From Octopus bimaculoides (lineage: Eukaryota): a stretch of 41,240 bases of DNA. Where the stretch lies: assembly GCF_001194135.2 (NCBI RefSeq), contig NC_069001.1:21040442-21081681 (forward strand), read 5' to 3'. The notes under the pieces were generated by a model. That model made no database searches and was not told the origin of the DNA. It worked only from the letters and a program-made list of their open reading frames with translations. The translations under genes and the position numbers were made by a program. Shown here piece after piece: positions 35,788-41,240 of the stretch (position 1 is the stretch's first letter; every line of letters starts with the position of its first letter).

Positions 35788-36227
35788 CTGAATATACAAC
35801 TGTTTATCATTACAGCTACAGTGTATTCGGCATCCTTTCAAATAGAATATTAAACTGAAGGTGACTCACATGCATACAAGTGAAATCTATAATGTTTTGA
35901 TTATATTAGCGTACATAAGCCTGGTTAGTTTGCAGATAATTATGTAGCACAAGTATATTCTTACACGGTTTGATTTATGAGACGTGCTGCTATGTGTAAT
36001 ATATAGGTACTTAATGCGGGATATTAGTATGCAATTATACCGAATTCTCTGTCTTAAACGTTCCATAAAAGTGGTCGTTTTATTGATTTAAATAGTAAAA
36101 ATAGTTATGTGCTACTATAGCATGCTGCGGTAACAGTTATATCTGACATCACATACATAGATACATAGATACATACATACATACATATGTATATGACTGT
36201 GAGTGAGTGTATGTGGTTGTCTGTGAG

Positions 36228-36266
<39 letters not shown>

Positions 36267-36276
36267 NNNNNNNNNN

Positions 36277-36312
<36 letters not shown>

Positions 36313-37474
36313 TATACATATACACAGACACACACATACATACTTAAAGGTTCGAAACTTAGACGTAAAATTAAATTTGGATTTTATTTATTGTATTTCA
36401 TTAAAACTTATTTTTATGATTTTTTTATGGTACTTATTTAATTTTCACTATTTTCATTTCTTTTTAGCTTTTTTCGTACATATAATTTTAAAACGAATAA
36501 ATTTAATTCGCTTCATTGAAGCGAGTAATAATAGTCTAAAAAGCTTCTGTGTTTTTTTAGGATTAAGTAAAGGGCTATCTGCATTTGGCAATATATATGT
36601 GTGCATGTAAGGTTTTATCTATTTTTATTTGCTTGTGTATGTTGCATAATTTGGTATCTATTTTGTATGTGGTTGGTTTCTGAATATTACATGCGTATGT
36701 ATGGGTGAGAACGTTGATGTATGAGATTGTGTTTAAGTAAATGTTTATATGTATGTATATAAGTATTTACGTGAACGTATCATTGATTGTTCGATTTAAT
36801 GGGGATATCGATTTGTATACGTCAGTAATGATGTACAAGTGCATGTATGTTTTTATATATGTATTAAAATTTTGCATGTGTGTGTATCTGTTAGTTTGTG
36901 CGTTTGAACATATCCGTTAACGTGTATTTGTGTCATAATTCTCCATGCATAACCGTTTGTTATAGAGTGTTTTTTTTTCTACATATATTTAATACTTTAT
37001 AAATTTGAACGTGACTCTATATGCCTTCTCCTAAACTAGTTTCAGAAAGTCGTGTTCATGCGTCTATCAAGGAAATGGTATTCTTTTCATTTAGAAACTC
37101 GGTAGAGGTTTTGCAGAAAAGAATTCATCGTATACAAGCAAAATACCATGATTTACCTGGGATAATGGCTCAAGAAATATACGAAAGAATCGCAGAGAAA
37201 TTTATTTAAAATATTACAAAGTTTTTTGAAAAAAACTCGGTCGAAATTCGGTCTAGTTTTTAAAAACAGCTTTCCGTTTTTCTATGTTTTAAATATTGCG
37301 AAATATTCTTCAGCAAAATTCATAATTTTTTTCATAAACTCATTTCGTTTCATTGTCTCTATCACTTTTCAGCAATGACCCTTGTCTTAATCCTACTTAA
37401 AAATATAACCTAAACAGTTACTGAAGTTACGCTTGTTCTAAGAACTGGTTCTGCGAATTCCTTTGCCTACTCAC

Positions 37475-37504
37475 ATTCTGACAAAGTACTGACTACGAAA
37501 TATA
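37475..37504 (-). other. Candidate 30-nt micro-exon
   Basis: Long U-rich tract + ctccag| TATATTTCGTAGTCAGTACTTTGTCAGAAT |gtgagt. Confidence 0.4.
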
Positions 37505-37724
37505 CTGGAGCGATTAAAAAAAACAAGAGAAAACAAAAACAGTAACGTACATTTGTACCGGTTAAATTATGGAATCACATTTTGTACAATTTTTCTTTTT
37601 AAAAGGTTCTTGGAATTCACTGGAATATTAATAGCTGTGACGGCGTCCAATTAAAAAAAAATGAACTCCGAATTTAGAAATTTCCCGATAAACAAATGGC
37701 CATGTTCCTCATACCATGCTAGGA

Positions 37725-37805
37725 ATCCCGGCTCGGGTCGATAAAATAAAGGTTAAATAGTAGTGCTGATTTAATCGACTTCTTTTCCTAAATTTCTGGC
37801 GTTGT
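37725..37805 (+). mobile_element. SINE family 2 fragment
   Basis: gggtcgataaaataaagg...gctgatttaatcgact...aaatttctggc. Confidence 0.6.
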
Positions 37806-38399
37806 CCATATATCAGACACTATCTGAACCCTACAGATCTATTGCCACTGCAAGTTTTACAAATATTTTCTGCTGCTTTTGCTTTAAAAGGTTATGTTCA
37901 AGTCTTTTTCTCGATAACTTTATTGAAAAACTGAATCACATCATAAACGAGCGGTTTTCCTGTTACGAAACACGCCTTAAGTGTGCGTTTTTATAAAGGA
38001 AAACTTCACATTATTTTGTTTTAAATAAGGTTGAAAAAAAATCAATCAAAATGTTCGAAGTTGAAGATGAAGGCTAGTGTTTGGATTTGTTCGATTTGAG
38101 AACAAATGGTGATGCAATCACCATGACGACAAAAGAGTTTGATGTCACTACTACATTATTTCTGTGCTGCTACATTGACGTTAATGCAAGATGTCAAGAG
38201 TGATTATAGTAACATCAGTAATAGGAACATTCACAACAACAATAAGAAAAGCAACGAAAACAACAGCAAAAACAACAAGGAAATTATCAAGAAAAATGAC
38301 GACTGTATTAGTATACAAAAAATTCCCGGTCCTATCTGTCTCAAGGCAAAGCATGTGCCGCAATATCAGCAATAACTCTCACCACCGGCTCCAGATTAA

Positions 38400-38635
38400 T
38401 TTGGTCAAAAATCACAACCCATTAAAACAGCCGAATATAAAAACATCGAGACAGCATTTCAAAACGCTGCGCCGTATTACAATAATGCATTAAGGAAAAG
38501 TGGAGTCTCGGAGAAGATCCAGTATAGTCAAGCTAATTCTAACAATAATAGACCACGTAGAACTAGAACTAGGAAAGTTTTGTGGTTTAACCCTGCATTT
38601 AATATTGCCGTAAAAAGATTAGATACTTCGTTCGG
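38400..38635 (+). mobile_element. Penelope-like element remnant (RT-endonuclease linker)
   Basis: AFQNAAPYYNNALRKSGVSEKIQYS...RTRTRKVLWFNPAFN matches the A.P.Y..AL..SG and R.IIWFNPP motifs. Confidence 0.8.
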
Positions 38636-38654
38636 CTTGCGAAACGTACACATA

Positions 38655-38790
38655 GGCGCAGGAGTGGCTGTGTGGTAAGTAGCTTGCTTACCAAGCACAT
38701 GGTTCCGGGTTCATTCCCACTGCGTGGCACCTTTGGCAAGTGTCTTCTTCTCCTCGGGCCGACCAAAGCCTTGTGAGAGGATTTGGTAGA
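38655..38790 (+). mobile_element. SINE family 1 head
   Basis: ggcgcaggagtggctgtgtggtaagtagcttgcttacc...ccgggttcattccc. Confidence 0.9.
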
Positions 38791-40354
38791 TTGACAATGT
38801 ACTGTTTGTGTTTGTGAGTTGTAGGATGTTTCTCTGTGAATGAGGCGATTGGGACAGGCTTCTTCATTTCTGTCTGGAGCGTTAGAGAATAAGCGTTCAA
38901 TCGTTGATCCCCAATTGCCATAACTAAGTCTGTAAATAGCAGGGGTAGTGGGAGTGTCAACTCTTTATCTACTATGAAAAGATGCCTTCGTCCTGTCTGA
39001 TAGGGGTTGCGTTACTCATTATGCAACAATCATCCGAATTGTTTATTTACATACTAAAAAAAGGTGTTTAAGGGATACAAATGCCAGGGAGACAATCAAT
39101 TTCTGAACGTTACCTTGCAAAGAGTTACCTCCCTTGTCCAGAAGAGCCATTTAATCCCAGGAATGGAGCTTTTTCTTAACTAAGAAGCCCCATTACTCCA
39201 TATTACTCTATAAGTGAAGAATCTGAAGATGTAGTACCATCTCTAGAACATAAGTGATGTATGTGCCAAGTGCGAACGAAATCGGATGAAAAATATTGAT
39301 TTTAATGGGGTTCAATTAAATAGCCTGTTTCACACACACGCACACACACGATGTTTATTTTTACTTTTTCTTGAGGACTGTTTGACCACAGTGGCAGGAT
39401 GACGACCGGGTCCAGCCTGTGATACACTGGGACACCTGCCGGGCCAGACCTGTTCCCCTGATGTTCCCAAGCCTTTTTTGCCATTTACTGAATTTGTTTC
39501 AGACATTTTAAAATAAGTTACAGGTGCATTTTTAGGTTTCTGCCAACCAACCAATTGAATGATTTTACTAAGATTTGGAGTACAGGAAGTACCTGTGCAG
39601 ATGAATAATTTTTAGTCGGTGTAGCTTGCACTGCACTACCCCCACTTATTAGCCCAAGAAGACTTTCACCGGTGTGNNNNNNNNNNNNNNNNNNNNNNNN
39701 NNNNNNNNNNNNNNNNNNNNNNNNNNNNNNNNNNNNNNNNNNNNNNNNNNNNNNNNNNNNNNNNNNNNNNNNNNNNNNNNNNNNNNNNNNNNNNNNNNNN
39801 NNNNNNNNNNNNNNNNNNNNNNNNNNNNNNNNNNNNNNNNNNNNNNNNNNNNNNNNNNNNNNNNNNNNNNNNNNNNNNNNNNNNNNNNNNNNNNNNNNNN
39901 NNNNNNNNNNNNNNNNNNNNNNNNNNNNNNNNNNNNNNNNNNNNNNNNNNNNNNNNNNNNNNNNNNNNNNNNNNNNNNNNNNNNNNNNNNNNNNNNNNNN
40001 NNNNNNNNNNNNNNNNNTATATATATATAAATAAAATATAAAAGATAAAAAGATAGTATATATATAAAATTAAAATTATTCATATATACATATTTACAGA
40101 CATTCACACACATATACACACCCATACATATATATATATATATACATATTTACAGACATTTTGTTGGATGGTCGTTGACTGTTCAGGAGTTCATCCGCCC
40201 ATACATACATACATACAGACAGATATAGGTAGACAGATATTGTTTTGTACCAACTCTGCTTGCAACGCCAGTTTTCGCAAAACTTCGTAGTGAAATTTAC
40301 GTAATGTTTGCGGTTTAAGACATTAGAGTGACACTTCATGAGACTTGCATCAAA

Positions 40355-40692
40355 GGTGCGCTATCACCAAAAGGATGAAAAGCAAAGTCGACCTCAGCAG
40401 AATTTGAGCACTGAACATGAAGGCGGATGAAATGCTGCCAACGTGCTAACGATTCTGCCAGCGCACCGCCTTAAGGGAAGCTAAGCATTGATTTCATATT
40501 TTGGTACAAGACCAATTTTGGGGGAGAGGGTAAGTCGATTACCTCGACCCCAGTACTCAACTGGTACTTTTTTTATCGATCCCGGAACAATGAAAATCAA
40601 AGTCGACCTCGACGGAATTTGAGCTCAGTACGTTAAGACCGACGAAATACTGCTAAGCATTTTCCCGGTGAGGTAACAATTTTGCCAGATCA
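40355..40692 (-). mobile_element. Two adjacent SINE family 2 copies (about 40355-40475 and 40490-40692)
   Basis: Both contain aaagtcgacctc...gaatttgagc and an -ctgccag- type head on -. Confidence 0.85.
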
Positions 40693-41013
40693 CCAATATA
40701 TATTGTACAGTACTTACAAATCACTAATATTTAGCTGGACCAAAGGTATTATACTCCAAGTTAATGGGGGACTAATTTGAAGATTATCCTGGATTATTCT
40801 GGTTTTCAAATTCATTTTGGGAGTAACAATATTTATATTGGTTTATCTTTTTGTAAACATTGTGCGTATCAAAGTTACCGAAAGCAGGTATATGATGCTA
40901 CACTGGACATTATTTTCCTGGGAAATTATCAGCATAAATCAAGTGTGAGAATTTGGCTTCCAGCGGTGAAGAAACAATTGTAACGAATGATTAAAGATGT
41001 CTTATTATTTGGA

Positions 41014-41067
<54 letters not shown>

Positions 41068-41240
41068 GGTCACCGTTTGTGCGGCGCGCTTTCCCGCAGC
41101 TCGTCTCCTTAGCCGAACTGTAGTCGTGGATTAAACAGAGACCTAGGCTCGGCGAATGGCACCGCGAGTGTCGCGTTGCTCTCAAGCAACTCTGCCGTCC
41201 GGGACCAATCTTGTGCAACTTTGATTCCACAAAAGCGTTC

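Noticed and set aside
40712-40945. Minus-strand GTAAGT/GTAACT donors with upstream AGs (also candidates at 24850, 25313, 35050 and 35960)
   Set aside because: Short GT/AG-bounded open frames are frequent by chance in this AT-rich DNA; no consistent chain or recognisable peptide

Overview
AT-rich, microsatellite-dense, gapped animal genomic DNA. It is most likely octopus: the recurring tRNA-derived SINE families match what I recall from Octopus, but this was not database-checked. I recognise no intact host protein-coding gene, rRNA, tRNA or CRISPR array. Most ORF-track entries are microsatellite or N-gap artefacts, or shadows of transposon frames. The window is a layered collection of decayed mobile elements. 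Retroelements: RTE, Tx1-like, R4/Dong-like, Hero-like and another RT-bearing LINE remnant, Penelope-like fragments and three SINE families. DNA elements: hAT, mariner/Tc1 and Helitron remnants, MITEs and two long palindromes. The most notable observation is a dispersed repeat with two copies (23828-23878 + and 30886-30936 -) that folds as a minimal type-I hammerhead ribozyme with an apparent G3:C8 core swap. There is also a TATA/Inr/CCAAT promoter candidate and several weakly supported minus-strand exon candidates that may belong to an unidentified host gene.
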